A stretch of 64,000 nucleotides of DNA from Sphaerodactylus townsendi (lineage: Eukaryota). Positions 39,737-51,419 of this stretch are shown in pieces. Each line of letters starts with the position of its first letter. Within the stretch, counting starts at the first letter, position 1. The stretch covers positions 93,620,001 to 93,684,000 of the forward strand of contig NC_059433.1 of assembly GCF_021028975.2 (NCBI RefSeq), read 5' to 3'. The notes under the pieces are model-generated. The model ran no database searches. It saw only the letters and a list, made by a program, of their open reading frames with translations, and had not been told where the DNA came from. The position numbers and the translations under genes are program-made.

Positions 39737-40337
39737 CTGTAAAGAGAAAACAATAGGGGCAGGTGAGTCAGGAATACTGTAATATTTATTGGGTAACTTT
39801 CATTCTGCCAGTGCACTTTGGTGTGTTTAAGGAGGTTCTTTTCTACTTCTATCAAAGTCATACAATCTTCTGCAGTGCATAATGTAGTTTTACAGCCTCA
39901 TCTTTTATGCTGAGGCAGAAGCTCCTAACACCATGGCTAAGAGAACCAGCACTGAATCTGGAAGCAGATGTTAACTCCATGCAAGCTCTAGTACAGCCTT
40001 AGAGAGTGATAGGGTCTTTTCCCTTACCAATGTGGGCTCTGATGGGGGCATGCAGAAGGCTTTTAGAGAGAAGCCATGAGAAGCACTCAGTGATGGCTTC
40101 TTACACAGTAGCGACCTTTATCACTACATAGGTCATAGGACAAGCAAAGCAGCAGGATCTCTTTGTCCCATGTTTCCTGACCAGGGGAAAACTTATTTGT
40201 AAAGACCAACCTGAATTGAAATATTTATATCCACCCCTCTAGGCTGGAGGTATCTTAATAAAAGAGTATAAAACAATCACAGTTTGAAAAAATCCATGAT
40301 ACACACTCATAAAGCAGTACGAAAGTGTCACTGACCT

Positions 40338-40528
40338 TGGGTGCTGTGTGGTTTCCGGGCTGTATGGCCGTGTTCTAGCAGCATTCTCTCCTGACGTTTC
40401 GCCTGCGTCTGTGGCTGGCATCTTCAGAGGATGATCCTCTGAAGATGCCAGCCACAGACGCAGGCGAAACGTCAGGAGAGAATGCTGCTAGAACACGGCC
40501 ATACAGCCCGGAAACCACACAGCACCCA
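40338..40528. mobile_element. Perfect palindrome of two inverted Penelope-like pLTR fragments
   Basis: 95-bp arms are exact reverse complements around a single G (40433); related to 30892-31163. Confidence 0.9.
40435..40477 (+). ncRNA. Minimal type I hammerhead ribozyme motif (mirror copy on the minus strand at 40389-40431)
   Basis: Stem I TCCT/AGGA; core CTGAAGA; stem II GCC...GGC; GAAA; palindromic mini-stem III ACGT; GTC cleavage triplet (after 40473); architecture of PLE-associated hammerheads. Confidence 0.8.
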
Positions 40529-41384
40529 TATATACAAAATGTTTAAGGCTATTAAATAAAAAAACACATTAACACACGCATACTGGGAGGAGGACTAATG
40601 TCAGTGAGAGAATGCCAAACAGAACAAAAAAAGAGTCTTCACTTGCTGGCAGAAGACAATAGGAGAGAGACAGATTAATTCCGCTGGGGAAAGAGTTCCA
40701 AAGCTTCAGCTCCACTAACTTGAATGCTTTTTCTTGGGCTGTCACCCATCTAGCCTCAGATGGCAAAAGCACCCAAACTAGTGCTCTGAGGTTGATTGGA
40801 GTGGTTGGGTAGGTTTTGCATTCCATGACAAACTCTTATATGCCAGTAACTGTAAATGCTTCAAAGCTTCTAATAGCCCAATCCACAATGCTGACCCTAA
40901 AGGGGGAATCAGCAGTGTGGGTTCCAGAGAACAGGGAGAAAATACTCAGCTCTCCCCAGTAGCCCATTATCCTGAACAACTTACATCATAATTTTTGTAA
41001 GTCTGTGCCAATGGGAGGGGACATTCCCAGGCTGAAAGTGCCTCCAGGACCCCCCCCCCGCCCCAAATGGTTCCTCTCTACTCAAATGCAGGCATTTGTG
41101 GCAGTGTCCATCTGCCGCAGGGCCCAGTTTCTAGGTTTGGATGCTGCGATGGCTGGCCGCCTGGGTAAGCTCCTCAGAGCTGTGCTACTTCATGCGATTC
41201 TGGTGGCATGAACACCAGCACAATCCTTCCGCTGCTTCCAGGGCATCTTCAGTTGCCCCCCTTTTGGATCGCAGTTATACCTTTTCCACGGAAAGATTTA
41301 AGTGAGGCCAGTAGTGCTTCGGAAGAAGAGAGAGAGAGGCATGCTTCCACCATTAAAAATAGTCCCTTGATATTTGGGTCATGA

Positions 41385-41632
41385 GGAGGGTTGGAGAGGG
41401 CTTAGGAGGACTGGTGACAGGCCTGGCATAGCAGCAGTGACTTGCCACCACTACCGCACCGGCCCTGGCTTGATGTTTGGAGGGGGATGATTGGAGGGGC
41501 TTGGTAGAGTTGGTGCCAGTCCCGCGTGGGTGTTTGGGATAAGGGAGAGTTGGAGGGGGCTTTGGAGAACTGGTACCAGGCCCAGCTTGGTGTTCAGGTT
41601 GGGGAAGGGTTGGAGGGGGCTTGGGAGGGATG
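41385..41632. repeat. Degenerate G-rich minisatellite (~59-bp unit, GGTTGGAGGGGGCTT core, 4 partial copies)
   Basis: Core recurs at ~41389, 41490, 41549 and 41609. Confidence 0.65.
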
Positions 41633-43181
41633 AAGGCAGCCATTCCTTTTTAAGATATCTTTCTGTGATTTTCAGTCTCCAATCTACACTTGGCCATCAT
41701 TTCCTTCTAATTCTCATGAATCTGAGGGTTGAGAGGTCCACAAGGCTTTGACGGGCCTGTCTTATATGCATATATGCATTATGTGTGTTCACATACATGC
41801 ACTCTTTTGTTTCAAGTGTATTTGCAATGTGTGGTTTATTTATGACTGATTCACTTTCCTTTTTCCACATGATGTGCCCATCAAATTTTGCATATCAGTT
41901 CTTTCAGTAGCCAATGAGTTTCAGTGGGGGCTGCTCAGTCTGTTCCAGCATAATCATAAAGTTGCATATCATAAAAGAATATAAATAGCATTTCCAAGTG
42001 AGTTATTGGAAATAAATCCCAGTGATAAAAATTAACAGCATATCGGTTTTCTACTTCCTGGTCCACTGCTTATTGAATTAGCCTCGTTATCTCTTGGATG
42101 GAATCATAAAGGCTTGAGGTAGAAAAGAATTTGGAAGACATATTTGTTTATGATCTTTTAGCACCAAGAAAGAGATCAAACTCATGATTTTAAAATCATC
42201 CTTCAGAAGGAAGCACCAAGCAGAAAACAATCTGCTTTCTCTCCACAAGATATCTTTAGTCTATGGGAGTATGGCAAAGAGCAGCTTGGCTATGTGCAAT
42301 TTTTCAAGGTGAAAGAAAATCCCTGTCAAATCCCAGCAGTGCAAGAAAATGAGAAAGCATGATTAATAGCACCGTTGAAAGCAACAAAATAAACCGTAAA
42401 ACCTAAACTACCTAACATTGTGTAGAAAGCATGTAAAATCACACGAGACTGTCCAATGTGTGTGATGGTGGAAGCTGACAATATATATCAGAAATATGTC
42501 TGTTTGAAATGCAACGGTTGTTTAGAGCACTTATGCAAATATGCTTTTCAGCTTAAGAATTCATCTAACACAGCTCCAGGGTGATATTATCAGAATGTCC
42601 TTCATGCAAGCGAGAGACCAAGGTGCCACAAGAACTGCTTAGAAGATTCAGGAGTGATATATGAAGATGCCTAAGACCCAGTCTAGACTATTGGTCCATT
42701 TCTCTCAGTACTGTTTACTCTGATTGGCAGTTGCTCTGGCAAAAAACAAGATTTCCTACTGTAAATTGGAGTTGCCATGGATTGAACTTTGAATTTTTTA
42801 CATGCAAAGTATGTGCTCTGCCACTGAGCCAGAGACCATCTTCAGACTTACCAGCCAGGACTGCTTGTAGAAAAAGAGGAAGCCATCCACATTCTTAAAA
42901 CAAAGAGATCAACAATTGTTACTGTACCCCTGAATACATGTACTACTGAATCTGTCATGGGCCATTGTTGCACGGTCAAAAAATCCCTGGGTGAGCATGG
43001 AAAATATTCCTGTGCAGCCAGGAATTCTGTATGTCTCCCGAAGCTGCACAGGTATTCCCTGCAATACTTACCTTAGCCTGGGATTTTCAAAAATCATCAG
43101 TCTGAAGGTTCTTTACTTCTTTTCAAAAATCCCAGTGTGACCTGCTTGTGCCTGTGCCATGCAAAAACACCATGCAAAAAT

Positions 43182-43492
43182 GCAACGTGTGATTGGTGTT
43201 TGGAATATGCTGCCACAGGAGGTGGTGATGGCCACTAACCTGGATAGCTTTAAAGGGGGCTTGGACAGATTTATGAAGAAGTCGATCTATGGCTACCAAT
43301 CTTGATCTTCCTTGATCTCAGATTGCAAATGCCTTAGCAGACCAGGTGCTCAGGAGCAGCAGCAGGAGGAGGCCATTGCTTTCACATCCTGCATGTGAGC
43401 TCCCAAAGGCACCTGGTGGGCCACTGCGAGTAGCAGAGAGCTGGACTAGATGGACTCTGGTCTGATCCAGCAGGCTAGTTCTTATGTTCTTA
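43182..43492 (+). mobile_element. 5'-truncated CR1 copy, same subfamily as the long CR1
   Basis: Closely matches 60553-60890; encodes RVIGVWNMLPQEVVMATNLDSFK; ends in TTCTTATGTTCTTA. Confidence 0.9.
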
Positions 43493-44609
43493 ATGAGGAG
43501 CAGGACTGGTTTATTTTTTCCTGCCCAGTCGGCTGATCTCCCCCACCTGACATTCATTCAAGCTACCACTCAAAAACAGTAGCCAATCAGAATGCAGGAT
43601 ACCGGGCAAGCTCACAGATGCTTGCAGCTGTCACTCAAAGAAACAGCCAATCAGAATAATCACTTGGTCTATTTTCCTCAGTACAAGCGTTATTTTAAAT
43701 CAATTAGCAGACCTATTCACTAGTTTTCTCCCTCTGACAGCAAAATCTTATTTTAAACCATTAAAAACACAGATCAGTTTCTTCCATTCCCACAGCACAT
43801 ACACAAAAACACCAATTAAGGTATTGTTCCCTGCTCTGTTCCCTAAGCAAACTAAATTCACGTGCCTTGAACTTGGCCAGAACAGAGTGTAAGACCCACA
43901 GACAAATAAGTAACAGTTCAAAAATGGTTTAATAATATTGAAAGTTTCAGTCTCTGACTCCTCCCATGACATCTATCTAAATAAAGAATATTTGCAATGC
44001 TGGAAACTGTCTCCAACCTTCTCCAGACACCTGAACCAAAATCAAAATATTTTTGCAATCCTACATGAAATATTTGCATATTTAGCAAATGCTCATGGGT
44101 ATGTTGTTAAAATGATCACTATAACTTGAAAACATAGTCCAAGGCACTGACCTTGGAGATTAGGAATGTGGCCCTGTCTCCCTGCTTTAGCAGGCCCAAT
44201 TCTGTCTTGGAATATCTTTTCAAGTTATTTTTGAAATGCTCACCATAACGTGAAATGAAAGTTCAGGCAGGTCTGGGAGTGAGGGCTTTGCACACAGGGA
44301 GTGAGACTGGGGTGTTCCCGGCTCCCTGAAGCAGGGAGGAGAGTGCCTGGAGGAGGCTTGTAAAAATTAGACACAGCGCTTTAGCAAAGCTGTTGTGCCT
44401 CCATCAGGAGACTGACTCTCTGGTCATGTGGGGGGCTGATTTTGTGGTGGGGGGCATGTGACCAGATTGTGTGCACCCGGAGACATGGGTTACCCCATTT
44501 CACCCAGCATATATGCCTTTGGTTCTGTGGGCTCCAATTGCTGCTTGCAAGGATGCATGCGAATGTAAAAACAGGAAAGCGGGTTACTTTATCCTGACTG
44601 CAACCCACT

Positions 44610-45340
44610 ATACATTTGCTGCGCAGAAGAGGCCTCTGATAAGCATTCATAGTCACTTCTTGGCCTGGCTATCCATCAACTTTTTTTCAAATGATGGAGG
44701 AAGCTATGAGGGACTTGGCCATTCTCAACTTAAATTAACCAACAGGGAAGAGTTAGTTGATGGGGTGAAGGTGGTGAGGACCTTAGGAGGAAGTGACCTC
44801 ACATAATTCCTTTTTCTGTGGGGGACCAAGGAAGTTCACTGTCAGACATGTATGTTATATTTTTAGTAGGGTAGACTTCAATGAACTAAGAGGCATAATG
44901 CAAATCATTCCATGGGCAAGAATGCCAGAAGGAAATAGAGCAGGTGGTGGGTGCTATCTGCTAAAACAACAGCACTTGTAAGTTCAAGCCATCACTATTC
45001 CAACAAGAAGGAAACATGGTAGGAATCCAAGAAGCCAACGATGAGATAAGAATAGAAATGTTCAAGAAATGGAAGAAAGAACATATTTCTAAAGAAGAGT
45101 ATCTGCAGGTTGGTAGGCAAGATAGGTCAGTCAACCAAGAGGCCAGAACTCAGAATGTGCTGATGCTGGCCAGGGAGGCACATGATGACAAGAAAAGCTC
45201 TTTCAGATATATGAGGATCAATTGCAAGGTAAAAGAGGCACTAGCTCCCCTCTTGGGTAAAAATGAAGAAACACTGACAAAGGATAGAAAGAAGAAGGAC
45301 TCAATGCCTATTTTCCCTCAGTTCTTTCCCTGAAGAAGAG
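44610..45340 (+). mobile_element. Old degraded CR1 ORF2 fragment (endonuclease C-terminus and linker)
   Basis: Peptides LTNREELVDGVKVVRTLGGSD, RVDFNELRGIMQIIPW and AREAHDDKKSSFRYM...EALAPLL in shifting frames. Confidence 0.8.
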
Positions 45341-46797
45341 AACAGGCGCATCTAGAGATTAATTCCAAGGGGGATATCAAAGAGATATTGTTCTCAATTA
45401 AGAACTAAAAGAGTTCATGTCTTTAACAGTGTGATCCCACCTTGTGACACTTAACGTTCACAAAAATAACAGAAAACAACTTCAAATTTGTTCTTTCTTT
45501 TTTCATAAGAAGAATATATAGGACAATAAAATATGTAAATCAATAATTAACATATAACAGTTCAGGCCTGTTGTGCTCAATCAATTCAGGCCTGTTGAGT
45601 TCAAGCTCAAGCAGAGCAGCAGGGTCTCAGTCTTTCTGACTTCTGTCTAACCAGGTTTCTTAGAGATGAACAGACTTGCAACTCTTCTCTGCCTTGCTGA
45701 GTCATCTGTTCTTTCTCTTCAGGAGTTCCAATATAGCCCTAGATTAGAATATTATTATGTATTTAATAACAAAATTGGAGTCTTTCTGAGATGCAGCTTC
45801 AGGCCCTCTAGTCAGTCTGGGAAGATTGTGCCTTATCTTCCTTATATTATAGGTTCCCAATCTGGGGTATGCATACCTCTGGGGGTACACAGCAGAACTT
45901 TAGGGGGTACATAGGAAAAATTATTTAATGGTGGCAGGGGGGAGAAAAGTGGCCAATCTCTCCCCCCCCCACTGCCATCATTGAGAGTCGCCTACTCTTA
46001 ACTACTCCACAATGCTGCTGTGTTTCTCTTTCTGCTATATACTTATTAAGCTAAAATATATCCGAACTTTATTATTTGTATTTGCACACAATATGTAGTT
46101 AGTTATTAACTGAATGCAACAAAGCAAATTTCAGGATCTACAAAGCAAAATAGTACCCATTTTCACACAAACGCACACACATATCCCAGTGTATCTTGAA
46201 TTACACATTTTCAGTGCTTCATTTGATTCTCACTAGGTGTTTCTTTAAAGCAAGCACCATAGTGATAGAGGAAGAGCAGCAAGACAACAGATTTCCAACA
46301 TGAAAACAGGTAAGTAATTCTTAAATTAATGGGTTTTGCTTGCAGGCATTTGCCAGATCATCAATAGCACCCTAAGCAGCACATCATTTTCTCCCCATCT
46401 TGTACTCCAACCTCCTACTGCAATTCAGAGCTTCACAACATGGTCACCATTATTTCTGTCAAAGAGAGCTAGATACTAGCTATTTATTCCCTTCATCGGA
46501 GAGCTGAAAAATAAAGATATTGCTATATTGGATCAAAACAATCCAGTCCTTCAAGAAGTGAAATATAGTTGTATTTTAAAAAGACCCATAAAGATTAAAA
46601 AATAGGTCATGTTATTTCTTTGGGTTGTTTTTTTTTAAAAAAAGCTTTCTTATATCAGGAAAAAATAAACCACTTTCATTTTTGGGGAAAAAAAGAATTG
46701 CTGAAAGCAATTATAAAAATTATTGGGTCAAATTTTTCAATTTGTTTGGTATTCAAGGGCGTAACAAAATTATGTGTAGCAATACTCAGAATAACCT

Positions 46798-46990
46798 TAA
46801 GAACATAAGACGAATCCTGCTGGAACAAAACAAGGCCTTATCTAGTCCAGCATTTTTTTCAACAGTAGCCATCCAAATAGTTTTTCAAAGACAACAAGCA
46901 GGTCATGAATGCAACAGCCCTCTTCTGCAGCACATGGTATATAGTCGCCAAACATAGATGTTCCATGCAGCTGTCATAACTAATAGTTAG
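46798..46990 (-). mobile_element. CR1-type 3' end fragment
   Basis: TAAGAACATAAGA is the reverse complement of the (TTCTTATG) tail; CCTGCTGG...ATCTAGTCCAGC is the conserved CR1 3' motif. Confidence 0.65.
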
Positions 46991-47109
46991 TAGGAGACTT
47001 AAGAAGACTCAAAGAAAAAGGAAAATCCAATCTCGTTTTCCTCCATTTTCTTGCTTGCTATTCCTGGTTGCCCTATCCTGCTCCTTCCCCAACTGTGTGT
47101 TCATGCATG

Positions 47110-47245
47110 TAAAGCGCTGTCAAGTCACAGCCATCTTATGGTGACATCAGCAAGAGGCTTTCAAGCACGTGAGAAACAGAGGTGGTTTGTCATTACCTTC
47201 CTCTGCAGAGTCTTCAGTGATGGTCTCCCTTCCAAGTACTGAGCC
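47110..47245 (-). mobile_element. Truncated 5S-headed SINE
   Basis: GTCAAGTCACAGCC...GAGGTGGTTTG...GGTCTCCCTTCCAAGTACT (5S box C reverse complement). Confidence 0.65.
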
Positions 47246-47477
47246 TGTGATTACCCAAAATGCTGAGGTCTGCCCCTTTTAGATGGGGAATTAGCAAGGG
47301 CAGACCGTGCTTAATGAGAGTCTGAATAATTTTATGAGATCTTTTCCACTTGAGTTTATGGAGACTGTTTCTGCAAGAAAAAAAGTAAAAGTCTAACAAT
47401 TTTATTAGAAAATGTAAAATAATAAACGCATAAGCACACAATTGGTAAAAGCACGCAGAGAATTCACACAGTCCTAG

Positions 47478-49017
47478 TGTAACCCCCATGCCCAGAATGG
47501 GTTGGCCCAGAATGGGTTGACCCAGTAAGGGGTGGAGACTCGGAGCAGCAGAGAGGCTGAAAGAGCTCTTTTGCAGAAGAACAAGGCTACCAGACTCGGA
47601 CCTTGATTTCTATAAGCCCTTAACACCTTGTTAAGGTAATTTCAATATTGTTGGGAACTACTGGGAAGGTAGTTGTTGTTTTGCTGTGTTGTAAATGTTG
47701 GAGTTTATTGTTTCAGGGTTTTCTTTTGTGGTTGTAATGGGTGAGAGTTCTCCTGGAGACCTTCATCATGTTGCAACCTGTTCATCAAGCCCTTGGAGTC
47801 TTCAGGAGCCAGCCAACTTGCAAAGAAGATTTGGACTTGGCAATATCAGTAGACTGTAAATAGAAGGACTTGAAATGCAACCTGAACAGGACCTTGAATT
47901 GTAACGTTAAATGTTGATGTTTTAAAAGTGTTAATTGTAAAGAAAAGTAAACCATTTTGTTGTTTAAAAATTGTTGTTGCAACTCATTCCAAGTACTGCC
48001 CCACAGAACCCACAAGAGGAGGTTACAAATGGCGCCCAACGTGGGGCTTGGAAGTGAGATTGCAAATATAAATTGCTTGCAATGGAAGTGTGCAGCAAGT
48101 TGGGGTTTGATCCCCATATAACTGTTTTGTTATTTGATGTAAGTTCAAGAGATGTTGCTATGTGAATTTGAAGCACATGATTCTGTTTGGCAGTTGCCTG
48201 AAGGAGGGGATTCCAGTTGCAACCCCCCATCCCTTCTGCAAACTAATTGGCTGAATCGCAACATTTGCTGGAAAGTTTTGCAAACTTCCAGTGCAGCTAA
48301 GTTTGGAACAGTTGGAAATCCTTGCAAGGGAAAGACAATGTTCTGCATTCAGATGCACCAAATGTGGTTCCTCCAAGTACAGGAATCTCTGGGAAATCAT
48401 TGTGCAATGATTTCAAAAGTTGCATAGTAATTACTGTCGAGACGACAGAATTTTAGTGGGGGAGAATGTAACCCCCATGCCCAGAATGGGTTGGCCCAGA
48501 ATGGGTTGACCCAGTAAGGGGGTGGAGACTCGGAGCAGCAGAGAGGCTGAAAGAGCTCTTTTGCAGAAGAACAAGGCTACCAGACTCGGACCTTGATTTC
48601 TATAAGCCCTTAACACCTTGTTAAGGTAATTTCAATATTGTTGGGAACTACTGGGAAGGTAGTTGTTGTTTTGCTGTGTTGTAAATGTTGGAGTTTATTG
48701 TTTCAGGGTTTTCTTTTGTGGTTGTAATGGGTGAGAGTTCTCCTGGAGACCTTCATCATGTTGCAACCTGTTCATCAAGCCCTTGGAGTCTTCAGGAGCC
48801 AGCCAACTTGCAAAGAAGATTTGGACTTGGCAATATCAGTAGACTGTAAATAGAAGGACTTGAAATGCAACCTGAACAGGACCTTGAATTGTAATGTTAA
48901 ATGTTGATGTTTTAAAAGTGTTAATTGTAAAGAAAAGTAAACCATTTTGTTGTTTAAAAATTGTTGTTGCAACTCATTCCAAGTACTGCCCCACAGAACC
49001 CACAAGCGGAGGTTACA
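47478..49017 (+). mobile_element. Young non-autonomous LTR retroelement (TRIM-like): LTR 47478-48027, 439-bp non-coding interior, LTR 48467-49017
   Basis: Both LTRs TGTAACC...GGTTACA, 550/551 bp, differing by 2 substitutions and 1 indel by eye; 4-bp TSD CTAG; PBS; PPT AGTGGGGGAGAA. Confidence 0.95.
48030..48047 (+). promoter_or_regulatory. Primer-binding site complementary to tRNA-Lys(CUU)
   Basis: TGGCGCCCAACGTGGGGC, an 18/18 match to the Lys1,2 PBS, 2 nt after the 5' LTR. Confidence 0.92.
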
Positions 49018-49680
49018 CTAGGATATAGAGAAAATTAAGGGTATAACTCTAGGATAGAAAAGGATTTGGGGGAGGGGGGAAATAGATGATAATTACCTTA
49101 TCCTGAAGAAGGGATACAGAAAAGCAGAGTTCAGTGCCCACACTGAGCTCCAAAGAGATGGGATGAAAACAAATGGCACACAGCACAACTGAGCCAGGGA
49201 CAGTCCAGAAGATGCTGGGTGTAACTGAACAATAGGTGCAACTGAACAATAAGTGGCTCAGAAAACACTGGGGACTGACTGCAGGGTTGACAGCTAATTC
49301 ATAGAGAAGATTGGGCCTTCTAGCCATGCTAAGAGACCTGATCTTCCCAGGACAAAGACAGCTCTTGTTCTCCGAAAGGAGGACAAAAGGTGGGCACTTA
49401 AGTGGTGAATAATTAGACGTTATGGTCGACAGGCTTAATGTTCTAAATGACCACTGTAAAATGCTTGTATCTCTGGAATCCCTTGGCTATTACACTGGTT
49501 TGTACTGAATTCTGCTTGGGGTCACCTAGGGATTCTTCTATACCTATTGATTTTTCAAAACTCAAACCTTCCAATTTCATAACTTTTCCTGGTCCCCTAA
49601 TATGGTTATCACCTCCTTTCAATACAAAGAAGGTCCAGAAAGTAGCTGTGGATTAATTCAGCTTTGAAGTTCTATCTTTC

Positions 49681-50207
49681 TGTGAGACAAGGTATAGCAA
49701 ACTGCCACCAGAACCACACTGCTATTTTGGTGTCATTTGGTTAAAAACAGCAATCCTAGCTCCTGGAAAAATGTCCCACAATCCCAAAACTTGGCTACGC
49801 AGCCGCAGGATTTGGGCCTCTCAAAAACTGATGTTCACTTTGAGGGCAGACCTACAGACTTTAGAGGTTTCCCTCACAAATAAAACCAAACACCTGAGGG
49901 CGGACACACGCCTCCAAACTCAGGGTTTGAATCACTGAATAGTCTCCCCAGCTATTCCTAACACAGCAGTGAGAGATCTCTGCAGATGCTCTTCACTCTG
50001 CCTCAAAAGTACCCGAGGGCATAAAACGCTCATACAGAGCCAAAACAGTCCGAAGACTCCAAAGACAAGAACCCCTCAGCTCTAGCGCTGACAGTTTATA
50101 AAAACTCTGCCTTTTTCCCTCTGGCCAATCAGGGCTGGCCAGGGCTTAACTCTTAAAGGGGCGGGTCCACCCTGTAACCTGAATGCAGGCTGAATGCATT
50201 CGTCACA
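49681..50207 (-). mobile_element. Probable solo LTR
   Basis: TGTGA...TCACA termini; on the minus strand a GC box (50158-50164), CCAAT (~50125) and TATA (~50096-50103) occur in promoter order; CpG-rich; no clear TSD. Confidence 0.4.
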
Positions 50208-50379
50208 GTCACCCAACAGGCTATATGTGTGATCTTAGATGCTTCCCTTAACTGGCTGCTCAGATCACAAATATCACTAGGATGGCATTTTTTCATGTCC
50301 ATCAAGCCCAGCAGCTGGCTCCCTACCTGTCCCATACTGATCTGACCACAGTGATTCATGCAGTGGTCATTTCTAGGCT

Positions 50380-50830
50380 AAAATAGTGTAACTCGTTCTG
50401 TGCAGGTATACCTTTGCGGCTGCTCCAGAAACTGAAACTTGTCCAGAAAGTGGCAGTGCAAGTCCTTACAGGAGACCCCATGTGCAATACACATATGACC
50501 TGTGCTCCATCAGCAGCACTGGCTGCAGATTGAGTACTACTGGATCAGTTCAAAGTTTTAATAATTACCTTCAAAGCCCTAAATGGTCTAGGGCCATCAT
50601 ATTTTCAGCAGCACCTCTCCTGATACATCCTCCAAAGAGCAGTATGCTCTTCCAGCAAAATCTTATTATTGGCCCTAAAACCATTCGACTGTCTTTGACC
50701 AGGGTCAGGGCTTTTTAGCTCTGTCTTTGGCCTGATGGAATTCTCTGTCTGGTGAGATTCATGCCCTGCAAGACTTAGTTCAGTTCCTAAGGGTCTGTAA
50801 CACAGAAATGTTCCACCGGACATATGGTTG
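50380..50830 (+). mobile_element. Degraded L2 ORF2 C-terminal fragment (probable tail at ~52170-52275)
   Basis: Peptides LLQKLKLVQKVA and QFKVLIITFKALNGLGPSY are typical of the L2 ORF2 C-terminus. Confidence 0.75.
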
Positions 50831-51029
50831 AGGGCAATCATGGTAATAGATCTGGTGGTTTCCCTTCCCTTCCTTGTTCTTCCCTTCCTTTCTTTTCTCT
50901 CTCCTTTTTTCCTTCCCTTTCTTATCCTTTTTCTTTCTCCTTTTCCCCCTCCTCTGTTTCCCTGAAGACATGGGACTTCTGGGTCATTGTTGGTCTTTCC
51001 AATATCATCCATCTTCACCATCAAGAAAG

Positions 51030-51077
51030 TATATATATATGTTTTAATAATATATATTATATATATATATATATATA
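51030..51077. repeat. (TA)n microsatellite
   Basis: Interrupted TA dinucleotide run. Confidence 0.9.
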
Positions 51078-51419
51078 AATTTCTATAAAGTGGTCTGGAG
51101 TTAAGATGCCATCTTGCTAATTTAAAGCGAACAATTGTTTTTAACTGTAAGTTTCACAGCCCACTCCAGATGGTGGGGAACGTTCACAGGGAGGGGCAGG
51201 GGTTGTCATCTTGGTGAGAGGGCAGGGTGTTCCGGGGGTGGGTGGGGTGGAGCTGACATTCCAGCCCTGGAACACCAGTCCCCAGCCCTTTGGACTTATG
51301 CTGCACACAAGTACAGTTTAAGCCACTGGCAGCAACAGGCCAATTTAGACAGCACAAAGGATTTTAAGTTTTCCTTTCTCCTGTGGAACCTGAAGTCCCT
51401 TTGAAGTGGCACAGCAGTG

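Larger units (their letters stand above)
40215..40810 (-). mobile_element. Degraded L2 3' fragment hosting the Penelope palindrome
   Basis: Peptide LLPSEARWVTAQEKAFKLVELKLWNSFP resembles the L2 ORF2 C-terminus (RAFS..AP.LWNSLP). Confidence 0.55.

Noticed and set aside
47785-49005. Duplicated minus-strand ORF (WVLWGSTWNELQQQ...)
   Set aside because: Antisense reading of the two near-identical LTRs, not a duplicated gene
47246-49613. Possible older solo LTR hosting the TRIM (TGTGATTACC...GGTTATCAC)
   Set aside because: Terminal CA and TSD are missing; boundaries cannot be supported
50605-51078. Lys/Arg/Glu-rich or Phe/Ser-rich ORFs
   Set aside because: Translation of a low-complexity pyrimidine tract and TA repeat
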